DNA of 64,000 nucleotides from contig CAZFCF010000001.1 of NCBI GenBank assembly GCA_964517685.1, positions 345,458 to 409,457 of the forward strand, given 5' to 3'. Within the stretch, counting starts at the first letter, position 1. Each line of letters opens with the position of its first letter. Below are positions 45,190 through 54,453 of this stretch, piece by piece. The notes below the pieces were generated by a model. That model was not told the DNA's origin. It saw only the letters and a program-made list of their open reading frames with translations, and searched no databases. A program made the translations under genes and the position numbers. The stretch is from an uncultured Gammaproteobacteria bacterium (lineage in GTDB: Bacteria; Cyanobacteriota; Vampirovibrionia; LMEP-6097).

Positions 45190-48097
45190 CATTAATAAAA
45201 TTTTCAAAAGCACGAGAAAAAGCACCATATTCATCGTCCATATGGTCACGGTTTATATTATTGGCAAGGAGAATCCAATCGGTTCTCATATCTCTAAATC
45301 CTCTCATTATTGAAATCTCATTATCATATGTTGCATTAAATTTATTAGGATCTATTTGTTTTATGTCCAATCCTCGAAGTTTAACAACAGCTTCAATAAC
45401 AATAGCTTTTAAAGCTTTGTCCATATCAGAAGAATGAATTTTACTTCTTATCTCCGCAAGATTTGTATGAAACTTATATTTTTCTTCTGCTTTTGGCGGC
45501 GGAGAGACTATTGAATCATCTTTAGCAAGAGCAGTGATAGTAAAAAATAGTTGGCTTGCAAGAGAGTCTATAAGCTTAATTTCTTTTTTAACTAAAGTTG
45601 CTTTAGCTTCTCTTGGATCTGCTGCTGAACCTTCTCTTCTGAAGAATGCTCCATACTCCAATAATGCTGTTTTATAATTACTAAAAGTATCTCTAAAATC
45701 ATTTAATATAGTTAACCCGCTTCGCTGACCTTTAGGTAATTTCAAATCTATTATTTTTTTGTCTTTAAGAAAATCTATTAAATTAGAATAAAATACTCCA
45801 TGATTTTTAGATTTTTCAATTAAATCCTTGATACTAGGCTTAAGATGCGATTTATCATCTGCCTGCTTTGCAATTGATTTAGATACTTTCTTTTCCTCAA
45901 CAACATCGGCAATCATGCTTCTTACTGCCTTTTCATCAAACTTTGCATAATATGGACCATCATTCTTGAATTCTTCTAAAGCAAAGCTGAATCCTTTCTT
46001 ATTGAGCGGCTCCTGTGTCGGTGGTAATTGTTGTACTGATTTTTCAGAGACAGAAGATGCTGGTACTGCTGCTGTTTGCTCATTTGGTTTCACTGAGTTC
46101 TCTTCTATTTTTCTAATACGTTGATTAATATATTCTTCAAATTTATTTTTAAAATTCACAAAAGCTTGATCCTTTTCAAAATGATTACTCTTAATAAAAT
46201 TTTTCAAGGCACCGAGTGGCACAGACCATGATAAGTCACTGCCTATTATTTCTTCAGCCAATTTTCCTGTTTCTGAATCTGTTTGAGCTGTGCCTTCACT
46301 CCTTCCTTTTATTTGATGTGCTGCTTCTCTAACAAGTTTTCTTAATATGAAATCCTCTTTTTTAATTCCTCCTTTAATTTCTCCATCTTTAATCATTGCA
46401 ATCGATAGCTCTAAGCTTGTAGGATTAAAATGTGCTTTATAGCCTGAAGTTGTGGTAGTACTCACATTTTCAGGTGCTGGTTCTTCAGCTACTTTTACTT
46501 TATTTGTACCTTGTCCAGGTTTATTATTACGTAAAGTAAAAACCAAATCTTTTTTTTGCTTTTCTAGATTTGATGGCAATTCATCATGAATTTTATTTAT
46601 TTGATCGTGTATAAAATTTGTATCCCCAACAGATTCCATTTTGTTGTCGTCATCTTCTAACTTATAAGTAATTGAAGGTTGAGACTTAGAATCATCTGGA
46701 TATCGAGTTTCTATAACAAGTGTTTTTGGCCCTACTCGATTAGCTAGATAATAATGATTTACACTCACATCTTTAACAACTTGTGATAAATCTAATTTTA
46801 ATTTGACCGATGACTTACCATCAACTAAATTCTGCGAACCTGCTTCAATATCAGTTAGATAGGGAAGTAATTCAAGAATACGGTCAAGATCTTGAAAGTC
46901 TCTCAATATGTGTGAAAGATGTCGACCGTCGGGTTCTTCTAACGGTTGCACAGAAGTCATTCCAAGAGGAAGTATCTCTTGTGTTTCAAGCTTTTCATCG
47001 CGTAGATTTTCAAAAAGTTTTCTTTGTTTAGAATCCGATGGCAAAGCTTGTAAAATAGTATTTAAAGCTTGATTATCATTATTTTCTAGAGACCAGCAGC
47101 CCCTAACCTCCCTACCATTTCTACCTCTACATGCAAAGGTAATAAACTGTTTATCACTAATCATTTCTGTTTTTATTACAACAACTTGTTTACCAATATT
47201 AGACAATAAATCTAACTTTAAAGATATAGAATTTTTATCTTCTCCTTTATCAACTGATTCAATATAAGGTATAAGTGCAAGAAAATCTTCTAATTTACGG
47301 TTTTCCAAAAGTTTATGTTCAAAATTATCCCAAAGGTCTTTTGCAATTTTTGGATCTATTGGCTTTGCTTTACTTTGCTTAATTGCAGTAGGTAATAAAT
47401 TACTAAACTGTTTTCTAATTTGAGTTGGTAAACTTCCTAGAATTTTCGAAAGAACGTTTATCGGAAGAGTATACTCCAAGCCATTGATACCAAACTTAAT
47501 CACCTTTTCGTTAATTCCAATCTCTATCGGTAATTGATATGCATTGATATTTTTTGGCAATGTTGCTTCCAGTGAAAAAACTGCTAATAAACCTTTGTAA
47601 TCTTCCGGCTCAGGTAAAGAATCTAGAGTAGAATTTTCTTGAGGATACTTTTTTTCTACCTTAACAACATAAGGCAGCAATCTTTTCAAATCCTCAAGTC
47701 CTCCAGTTGTGCCCATCATTAATTTAGTGATGGAAGATTCAAGTTTTTCTTTTTTACTACGACGTGATGCTGCAAAAACGAGACCACCACCACTTAATAA
47801 AGTACTAAGTGCAATATATAAATTTTTGTCATATAGAATTTTATTGATTTGATCAGCCACTATTGCTGTATCTTCAATTGTTGTTTCTTCAATCGTAGTT
47901 GCTGGAATTTTTCTAATATCAATATACTCTTCACCACCATCACCTATAAAGTCTGGCTTCAAAGGCATTTCAGCTTTTTTGGTTATCGTATTAGTTGTAT
48001 TATTTTTAGAAGGCTCAACTAAATCATGAACAGTGTAAGCTCCAAAGCCTGTTAAGCTTAGCCCAGTGAATGTAACTATATTTTTCAGGAAGCTCAT
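45155..48097 (-). CDS. Large hypothetical protein, 980 aa, with an N-terminal hydrophobic segment and internal ~100-aa repeats.
   Basis: Repeated block L(E/D)(D/R)(L/F/I)(K/L)(R/A/E)L(L/I)PY(V/I/L)... recurs at least three times, followed by a K/E-rich C-terminus. Confidence 0.45.
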   Translation of the reverse strand: MSFLKNIVTFTGLSLTGFGAYTVHDLVEPSKNNTTNTITKKAEMPLKPDFIGDGGEEYIDIRKIPATTIEETTIEDTAIVADQINKILYDKNLYIALSTLLSGGGLVFAASRRSKKEKLESSITKLMMGTTGGLEDLKRLLPYVVKVEKKYPQENSTLDSLPEPEDYKGLLAVFSLEATLPKNINAYQLPIEIGINEKVIKFGINGLEYTLPINVLSKILGSLPTQIRKQFSNLLPTAIKQSKAKPIDPKIAKDLWDNFEHKLLENRKLEDFLALIPYIESVDKGEDKNSISLKLDLLSNIGKQVVVIKTEMISDKQFITFACRGRNGREVRGCWSLENNDNQALNTILQALPSDSKQRKLFENLRDEKLETQEILPLGMTSVQPLEEPDGRHLSHILRDFQDLDRILELLPYLTDIEAGSQNLVDGKSSVKLKLDLSQVVKDVSVNHYYLANRVGPKTLVIETRYPDDSKSQPSITYKLEDDDNKMESVGDTNFIHDQINKIHDELPSNLEKQKKDLVFTLRNNKPGQGTNKVKVAEEPAPENVSTTTTSGYKAHFNPTSLELSIAMIKDGEIKGGIKKEDFILRKLVREAAHQIKGRSEGTAQTDSETGKLAEEIIGSDLSWSVPLGALKNFIKSNHFEKDQAFVNFKNKFEEYINQRIRKIEENSVKPNEQTAAVPASSVSEKSVQQLPPTQEPLNKKGFSFALEEFKNDGPYYAKFDEKAVRSMIADVVEEKKVSKSIAKQADDKSHLKPSIKDLIEKSKNHGVFYSNLIDFLKDKKIIDLKLPKGQRSGLTILNDFRDTFSNYKTALLEYGAFFRREGSAADPREAKATLVKKEIKLIDSLASQLFFTITALAKDDSIVSPPPKAEEKYKFHTNLAEIRSKIHSSDMDKALKAIVIEAVVKLRGLDIKQIDPNKFNATYDNEISIMRGFRDMRTDWILLANNINRDHMDDEYGAFSRAFENFINANLDKIRPSQN

Positions 48098-48131
48098 ATT
48101 ATCTATACTATTATAAAGTATTGAAATACTA

Positions 48132-51041
48132 TTATTTTACATTTGTTGGAGTTTTTATAATTGTATAATCGCCATCCACTTTCTTAAAGAGTTCACGACC
48201 AATAGTTTTTAATAATGATTGAATCTCAATAAAAATTGGATAGTATTGATTATTGTTTTTTTGTTCTGATTTTTTGGTTAAATAATTTAAATAGGGATAA
48301 CCTTCACCTAATTTCACCCCAACACTTTGATTCTGCAATACAGCTAATTCTTTTGCTTTATCTAAGCCATTAATAGCCTCGTTCTTATTATTTGCTTGAG
48401 CTGTTTGTACTACAATCTCATCTTTATTTTTTGCATAAATTCTCAATGCAACTGCACTTGTAGAATTATGGTAAAGCAATTCAATACTGCCATCATCTGT
48501 TTTAATTCTATCTACCTTAGAATTTGCTAGCTCATGTTTACCAAATAATTTTTCTTTAGCTTCATTTGATAATTTCAATTCACTTAGTTTTAAAGCTTCA
48601 TCAATTGTTTTAGTTTCTTTGGAAACAGGTGGTGTTGAAGTTTTGATTGGCTTTGTAGTTTCTTGCTTAGGTGATTTTTTCACTTCAGGAATTGCTAGTT
48701 CCAATTTAGAACCAAGCTGTTTTAAATCTACTTTTCCTAATTTAATTCTTATTGGAGCTGGCTCTGTTTCTTTCGCTGGCTGTTCTTTAGTTTCTTTTTC
48801 CTGCTCAGGTGATTCTTTCATTTCTTCGATTACTATTGGTTCAAAAGTTTTGTTAGACTGACTCAAATCTTTATTTAATGAAATTCTGATTGGAGTTAAA
48901 TCCACAATTGATTCTGGTGTTGCCGCAGCACCTCTATTATTTTCTTTTGTCTCGGAAGGATTTTTAGCAACAGTAGACTTATCCATATAAAAATCCTTAC
49001 CTTTGAAGTCATAAGTTGTATTTGTCGGTCTTGAAGGAGTAGTCTCAACCTCAGAAGTAGTCCTTTTAATATCAGTAATATCCCTAACTAATGGCTTCCT
49101 TGGAGTACGCTCAGCAAGAGTATTTGATTTAAAAATTTGACCTTCTAAATTTAGCGCAGTAGCTATTGGTGGAGCTATCTTATTAGCACCCTTCATAAAC
49201 CCACTAACATTAGTTTTTACAGCCTTGCCAAATTCAACTGCTTCAGTCGCAAAGTCTAAACCTTGCAGCAGCATTGATTTTGCAGTTTCATTTATTTCAT
49301 TCTTTAATTGAGTTTTTAAATCTTCATTTAAATCACTCAAAGCTTTTATGCCGACAGGAAGCATCATGAGACCATCTGCTAGACCTTTTGTACCTGAAAT
49401 TACTAAAGGTCCCAAATTTGGTATATCAATAGGTTCATCAGCGATAGTTACAGGCAAAGCCGGTGGCTCTGGTCTTTCTTCAACAATATTAATTGGTAAT
49501 TCTGGTGGCGGCGGTCCTACTTCTGCTTCAGGATTCTTCATTGGCTTTACTACTATTGGAGCCGTCTTATTTTCTGACTCTGGTGCAAAAGTTACTGTTG
49601 TAGGTATTTCATTTTCATCAGCAACCATTGCTTCAATTGGTGAATTATTTTCATATTGCTTGAGAATATGATTGATGCCTTCTTTTACAGTTTCATCACT
49701 GCTGCTTTTCATTTCCTCTAAAAAATTACGAGCAATTTCTGTTATATTTTTATCTGCAAAAATAATATCCTTAGAAGATGAATCAATAACAAATTCTTCA
49801 GCTAACTCTGCACTCTTTAAAGCAGAATCTTCATCTGTATCATAACTTGCACGTATTGCTATAGTTCCAGGATCTTTATAGCTAATTTTTAAAGCTAATG
49901 CTTTTATATCATCAAGTTCTCCATTATCACTAATCAAAGTATGTGGATGAACCAGATCAAGACTATTAGTTTCTTTATTAAAATTTGATTTCTCTTTTAT
50001 ATTACTACCATTTAAGTTCATGCACCATAGCGCACCAGGCGTTCTCAAATTGTAACCATTATATTTATCTCTTTTAAAACTTGGTATAAATTCTTTTTCT
50101 ACTTTTGGCGCAGATTCTGGTGGACTTGGCATTGCTTCTGCTGCTTTCTTTTCCGAGTCTCTGATCATTGTTTTTAATTTTTCGCTTGCTTCAGGTTTTT
50201 CAGGAACAGTGTCGTTAAACCATACTTTAGCTTCAGTAGCAAAAAGATTTTTACCTTTGTTCTCCTCACGACCCAACCAGTCCAGAGCTGATTTATAAGG
50301 TACATAGCTAAAGCCATCACTACCATCCTTTTTAGAATAGTGATCAATTAAATACCACTCATTATCTATTTTTGCCTGATATAAAAAAGAATTTACTTCT
50401 TCCGGTTTTGATCCAAAGTTCTCCGGCTTAGATTTTGTTAACTCAGTAATAACTGGTTCACTTTCCACTTTTGCATCTTCTATTGGAGTTACTGGCTTTT
50501 CTGTTACCGGCATCTCAGGCTTTGACTCAATACCTTTTTCTTCAGTACCTGATGGTGCATTCATATAATCAATACTTTGCTTCAAGCTTGCTGGTACTAC
50601 TGTCCATCCAAGAGTCTTTGAGTGTGCTGGATCAAAAATCGATCCACCATTCTTTCTAATTTCATTTGCTTTAGATTCTTTAATCATTTTTACGCTTGGA
50701 TCAACACCCGCTCTAGTATCGCGTAAAACTAAATATGACTCACCATTAGTACGAGCTCGATAAAATTTCAAACCTTGATAATTTTCTTTATCTAAACTCG
50801 AATCAAATTCTTTTGGACTAAGTTCTTTTGTATCAAATGTTGTCCATGGAGCTGGACTAACTATTGAATTAGAATCATTAGTTGTATTTGGCGTAAAACT
50901 GTCTTTCGGTGCAGCACAACTTGGAGCCTGTGTTTGTACAGGAGCACAAGGCTGAGATTTATGATATTTATGTTTTGCCTGCATTACAGGTGCATAAAAA
51001 GCTTGTTGCTGAATAAATTGCTGTCTACATTTTTTCCCCAT
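48132..51041 (-). CDS. Large hypothetical protein, 969 aa, Pro/Glu/Lys/Thr-rich, with a GPPPPELP proline motif.
   Basis: ORF track. Low-complexity and P-rich linkers. No TM segment. Confidence 0.45.
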   Translation of the reverse strand: MGKKCRQQFIQQQAFYAPVMQAKHKYHKSQPCAPVQTQAPSCAAPKDSFTPNTTNDSNSIVSPAPWTTFDTKELSPKEFDSSLDKENYQGLKFYRARTNGESYLVLRDTRAGVDPSVKMIKESKANEIRKNGGSIFDPAHSKTLGWTVVPASLKQSIDYMNAPSGTEEKGIESKPEMPVTEKPVTPIEDAKVESEPVITELTKSKPENFGSKPEEVNSFLYQAKIDNEWYLIDHYSKKDGSDGFSYVPYKSALDWLGREENKGKNLFATEAKVWFNDTVPEKPEASEKLKTMIRDSEKKAAEAMPSPPESAPKVEKEFIPSFKRDKYNGYNLRTPGALWCMNLNGSNIKEKSNFNKETNSLDLVHPHTLISDNGELDDIKALALKISYKDPGTIAIRASYDTDEDSALKSAELAEEFVIDSSSKDIIFADKNITEIARNFLEEMKSSSDETVKEGINHILKQYENNSPIEAMVADENEIPTTVTFAPESENKTAPIVVKPMKNPEAEVGPPPPELPINIVEERPEPPALPVTIADEPIDIPNLGPLVISGTKGLADGLMMLPVGIKALSDLNEDLKTQLKNEINETAKSMLLQGLDFATEAVEFGKAVKTNVSGFMKGANKIAPPIATALNLEGQIFKSNTLAERTPRKPLVRDITDIKRTTSEVETTPSRPTNTTYDFKGKDFYMDKSTVAKNPSETKENNRGAAATPESIVDLTPIRISLNKDLSQSNKTFEPIVIEEMKESPEQEKETKEQPAKETEPAPIRIKLGKVDLKQLGSKLELAIPEVKKSPKQETTKPIKTSTPPVSKETKTIDEALKLSELKLSNEAKEKLFGKHELANSKVDRIKTDDGSIELLYHNSTSAVALRIYAKNKDEIVVQTAQANNKNEAINGLDKAKELAVLQNQSVGVKLGEGYPYLNYLTKKSEQKNNNQYYPIFIEIQSLLKTIGRELFKKVDGDYTIIKTPTNVK

Positions 51042-51185
51042 GATTTAATTACCTTCCGTTTTATCGAATCCTCACTTGATATTAAAAGGATAATGATAGG
51101 GAAATTTTGACAGGTAAACCCTTAATCAGGTATTAACTATTAAGTATCAACTTGGAGTTCTGTCTTCTAAAAAGCTTATGGTAGG

Positions 51186-51222
51186 CTGGATTGCCACGCC
51201 GCTTCGCGGCTCGCAATGACGA
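51186..51222. repeat. RPE-like fragment, right half, intergenic.
   Basis: ctggattgccacgccgcttcgcggctcgcaatgacga. Confidence 0.6.
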
Positions 51223-51259
51223 TTATTGTCCTTAAATTAACACCCATGCTCCCGATGGA

Positions 51260-52279
51260 CTATATCCAAAATATAGGATCTAGCCCTGGGATCGCGGCAC
51301 CATCAATGATCTGATTAATTTGTTTTCTGACTTTATTTTTATAAGCTTCTTGTAAGGGATGCGATTCAGGCATGCAGGCTTCTAAAGAAAACTTGCCAGC
51401 CCATTCATCATTTTCCATATCTTCAGCACCCAAATTACGAGCAGCCATTTCACTACAGTGATTCATTAGATTTTGTGCAAAGACAATTTCATTAGTAGGT
51501 CTTAGAGCCGCAGTGGCAGTTTCTTTAGCAAGCGATATAGTCCAACACACAGTTCCATCATCAAATCTTTCTACTGAGTTGAGATATTTACTTTCACCCC
51601 GACCACCAAGGTGAGCAATCTGTCTCAGGTTGCGATATTGATCCACAGTGGTTTCATTAATTACAATTGGTTCTGTTTTATCAAAAGAGCAATGTTTCAC
51701 ACTAATAATATGATGAGCCTCATCATATTGAATAACTTGCACAAAATTTGTTTGCAAGGTTTTTTCTGATGGATAAGCGATAAGTACTTGATTTGCAGCT
51801 TCATTTCTTTTAAACCAAACCTGGAAATCTCTTTTATCAGGTCTTGTAATATCAAGCATTTGATTAAAAGCAAATTCACTTAAATGAGAATATTGCGCAT
51901 GAATCTTGGATAATCGTTGCTTAGTCATAGAACAGATTCTAGGCTGAAACCCTTTCTCTTCCAGGCTTTCAATGTTACCCAAATTAACGTAAGGCTCAAG
52001 ATTACGAGAAGGAATAAGTTCTAGTGTTTGTTTAAACTCTGGAGAGTTATGCTGCGGAAAGACTCCGACTCTTTTATCTTCTTGTGGAAAAGCAATATTT
52101 ACTTTACTTGCCTGACCAGGCTTAGTCATCAAAACTAACTCAGTAAGATTTTCTGGATCAAGTCGCTTACCGCTTTTACTGGAATTTTTATATGCATAAG
52201 GACCACCAACATAATTAAACTTATGTTCAAGTCTTACACTCTCAACTGCTTTTGCTTCTTCTTTTTGTTCTTCATCCAT
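51260..52279 (-). CDS. Hypothetical protein, 340 aa, paralog of the 52343-53446 product.
   Basis: Shared blocks with its neighbour: RVG(V/R)FPQHN, RDF(Q/D)VW, PIVINETT/PLVINQT, NS(V/L)ERFDDGT, ARNLGAE, GKFS(L/P)EAC(M/V)PESH, VRKQ(I/V)NQI(I/V)DGA(A/C)IPGL(D/T)PIF. Confidence 0.5.
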   Translation of the reverse strand: MDEEQKEEAKAVESVRLEHKFNYVGGPYAYKNSSKSGKRLDPENLTELVLMTKPGQASKVNIAFPQEDKRVGVFPQHNSPEFKQTLELIPSRNLEPYVNLGNIESLEEKGFQPRICSMTKQRLSKIHAQYSHLSEFAFNQMLDITRPDKRDFQVWFKRNEAANQVLIAYPSEKTLQTNFVQVIQYDEAHHIISVKHCSFDKTEPIVINETTVDQYRNLRQIAHLGGRGESKYLNSVERFDDGTVCWTISLAKETATAALRPTNEIVFAQNLMNHCSEMAARNLGAEDMENDEWAGKFSLEACMPESHPLQEAYKNKVRKQINQIIDGAAIPGLDPIFWI

Positions 52280-52342
52280 CTCTATGCAGAGAGTATCTTT
52301 TAGAAATAATTCTATGTCTAAAGAAACCTACCTTAAGTTAGC

Positions 52343-53446
52343 TTAGCCTGTAAAACTAGTATTTTCAAGCGTAGAGATTGGGAAGATTGGCGTTAAACCA
52401 GGTATACAAGCTCCATCAACAATTTGATTAACTTGTTTTCTTACTGAAGTTTTGTACTCTCTTCTAACTATGTATTTATCATGGGATTCAGGCACACAAG
52501 CCTCAGGAGAGAACTTACCAATCCAAGACTGAGTTTTAGTATCAATACCTTCTGCACCTAAATTTCTTGCTGAGAACTCTGTAAGTTCTTTATTCAGACC
52601 AGGCAATAGAATTACTTCTCCATCATCTTTCAAGACTGCTGAACCAACTACATTCTTACCAAACTTAAAGTCAGAAGTAGTCCACATGATAGTTCCATCA
52701 TCAAATCTCTCCAAAGAATTCACAAAAGAATTAGAAGTAGATCCCGTAACGCCCACATGAGCAATATTGCGAGTACGACCATCTTTATCAATGCAGGTTT
52801 GATTTATTACCAGTGGAATACTCGTCTCATAAACCACATGCCTTAAATCACAGACAGCACCTGATTCATCAAGGAATACACTTTGCATAAATTGAATCAA
52901 AAAGTTATGAGGATTAATATAGGCAATCATAATTTCACCTTCAACTTCTCTAACCCAAACATCAAAATCTCTTTTTTCTACTTCACTTTGCAAACAAAGC
53001 ATCTCTTTAAAACATTCAGAACTTAAATGAGCAAACTGGTTTGCTAAATTCGCAATTTTTTTCTTGGTAAGAGTGGCTTTATGTGGCTTAAAGCCAGCCT
53101 CTTCTAAACTAAATACAGAATGCAGGTCACGATATTTATCCAGCGTGAGAGAAGCTAAAACTTGAATTCCAGTTTGAAAAGCACCTGGAGTATTGTGTTG
53201 AGGAAATCTACCTACTCTTTGATCGCGAGGTGGTACCTTTAATTCTAATAATCTTGCTTGTCCAGGAGATGCATAAACTATTCTTGACTGAGAAGGTAAG
53301 TTTTTGTTTTTATTTGATTTAGAAGTCTTACTTAAGTAATTAAAATTATGCTTGATATTCAATGCTTGGCCAGGAGCAGTATCTAATACCTCCTGAGCAA
53401 GTTTAATTGCATCATCTATAATTGCCGATTGCGACATCTGACCCAA
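52343..53446 (-). CDS. Hypothetical protein, 367 aa, paralog of the 51260-52279 product.
   Basis: See the paralog entry. Confidence 0.5.
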   Translation of the reverse strand: MGQMSQSAIIDDAIKLAQEVLDTAPGQALNIKHNFNYLSKTSKSNKNKNLPSQSRIVYASPGQARLLELKVPPRDQRVGRFPQHNTPGAFQTGIQVLASLTLDKYRDLHSVFSLEEAGFKPHKATLTKKKIANLANQFAHLSSECFKEMLCLQSEVEKRDFDVWVREVEGEIMIAYINPHNFLIQFMQSVFLDESGAVCDLRHVVYETSIPLVINQTCIDKDGRTRNIAHVGVTGSTSNSFVNSLERFDDGTIMWTTSDFKFGKNVVGSAVLKDDGEVILLPGLNKELTEFSARNLGAEGIDTKTQSWIGKFSPEACVPESHDKYIVRREYKTSVRKQVNQIVDGACIPGLTPIFPISTLENTSFTG

Positions 53447-53508
53447 CCCCTCCTAGGGTTATGTAGCTATTGTTGCTGGATTGGATTAAGGGTTGGTTAA
53501 GGTGAAAT

Positions 53509-54345
53509 TTATTTCTTCCCATCAATGATTTTCTTTTTGTTTTGGGGTAAATAATTTTCTTGGCTAATAATAGATTTGCCAGTTTTTGATTCTAGATCTT
53601 TTCTGGCTTTACCAGCTACTCCACCACCGGTTTTGGCAGCCTCTTTGTTTTGCACAAAACCATGTGCATCATTTTTTCTAGTAATCTCTGTGGTTGCAGC
53701 TTCGCCAAGCATTGAAAAAATTAACTCTAAATCAGTCATGTGATCTCTTAAATTTTCGCGCTTGAGATTTTTGTGTTTTTTATATTCACTTGGAGTCATT
53801 CCAAAAGTTGCTCTGGATATTTCTGCAGTAAGAATTGAATATTCTTTTCCTTCTTTGACATCACGTTGCTTCCATTCATCTGTAAGTTCTTCACGAATGG
53901 CAATAGAGCGCATACGCTTTTCTATCCAATTCTCTGAATAACCTTTAGCTTTATAAATTTCTCTTGCTCTTTGACTAGCAAGCTCAGGATTTTCAATTTC
54001 TTTAACTCGGTCATATCCAACTTGAGCAAGCCAAAGTTTTAGTGGTTCTGCTTTTGGCGATGGAATTGACTGAATAATTCGAAGCATCGTTTCAGTATTA
54101 GCACAATCAGTTTTGCGATATTTGCCATCAATTGCTAATAATTTCAACTGGTTACAATTTGTAACCGTTTGATTTGAACCTTCATTCATTAACCTATTTT
54201 TTAGGACTTTCCAGTAATTTCTAGCGTCTTCACTAACTCCTAAAACATCAATTACATCTACAACAGAAAACCACCATTCATCATTATGTAAGGTTTTACG
54301 GATTTCCTTTTCTTCAAAAATGGCTAATTTATATTCTTCATTCAT
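53509..54345 (-). CDS. DinD-like (DNA-damage-inducible protein D) / Bro-N family protein.
   Basis: C-terminal RDHMTDLELIFSMLGEAATTEITRKNDAHGF...KTGGGVAGKARKDLE aligns with E. coli DinD (DHMGSTELAANLFRATQTEEKLKRDGV...GRKVRQTIQELGG). Confidence 0.55.
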   Translation of the reverse strand: MNEEYKLAIFEEKEIRKTLHNDEWWFSVVDVIDVLGVSEDARNYWKVLKNRLMNEGSNQTVTNCNQLKLLAIDGKYRKTDCANTETMLRIIQSIPSPKAEPLKLWLAQVGYDRVKEIENPELASQRAREIYKAKGYSENWIEKRMRSIAIREELTDEWKQRDVKEGKEYSILTAEISRATFGMTPSEYKKHKNLKRENLRDHMTDLELIFSMLGEAATTEITRKNDAHGFVQNKEAAKTGGGVAGKARKDLESKTGKSIISQENYLPQNKKKIIDGKK

Positions 54346-54453
54346 CGCGATACTCTTACAAATATATTAGCACAGAGGGTCTTTAAAAAGCTCCTAATTA
54401 TTGATATTCAATGATAAATTTATTTTCAGTTTTTATTAAATACTTTTTTAAAA

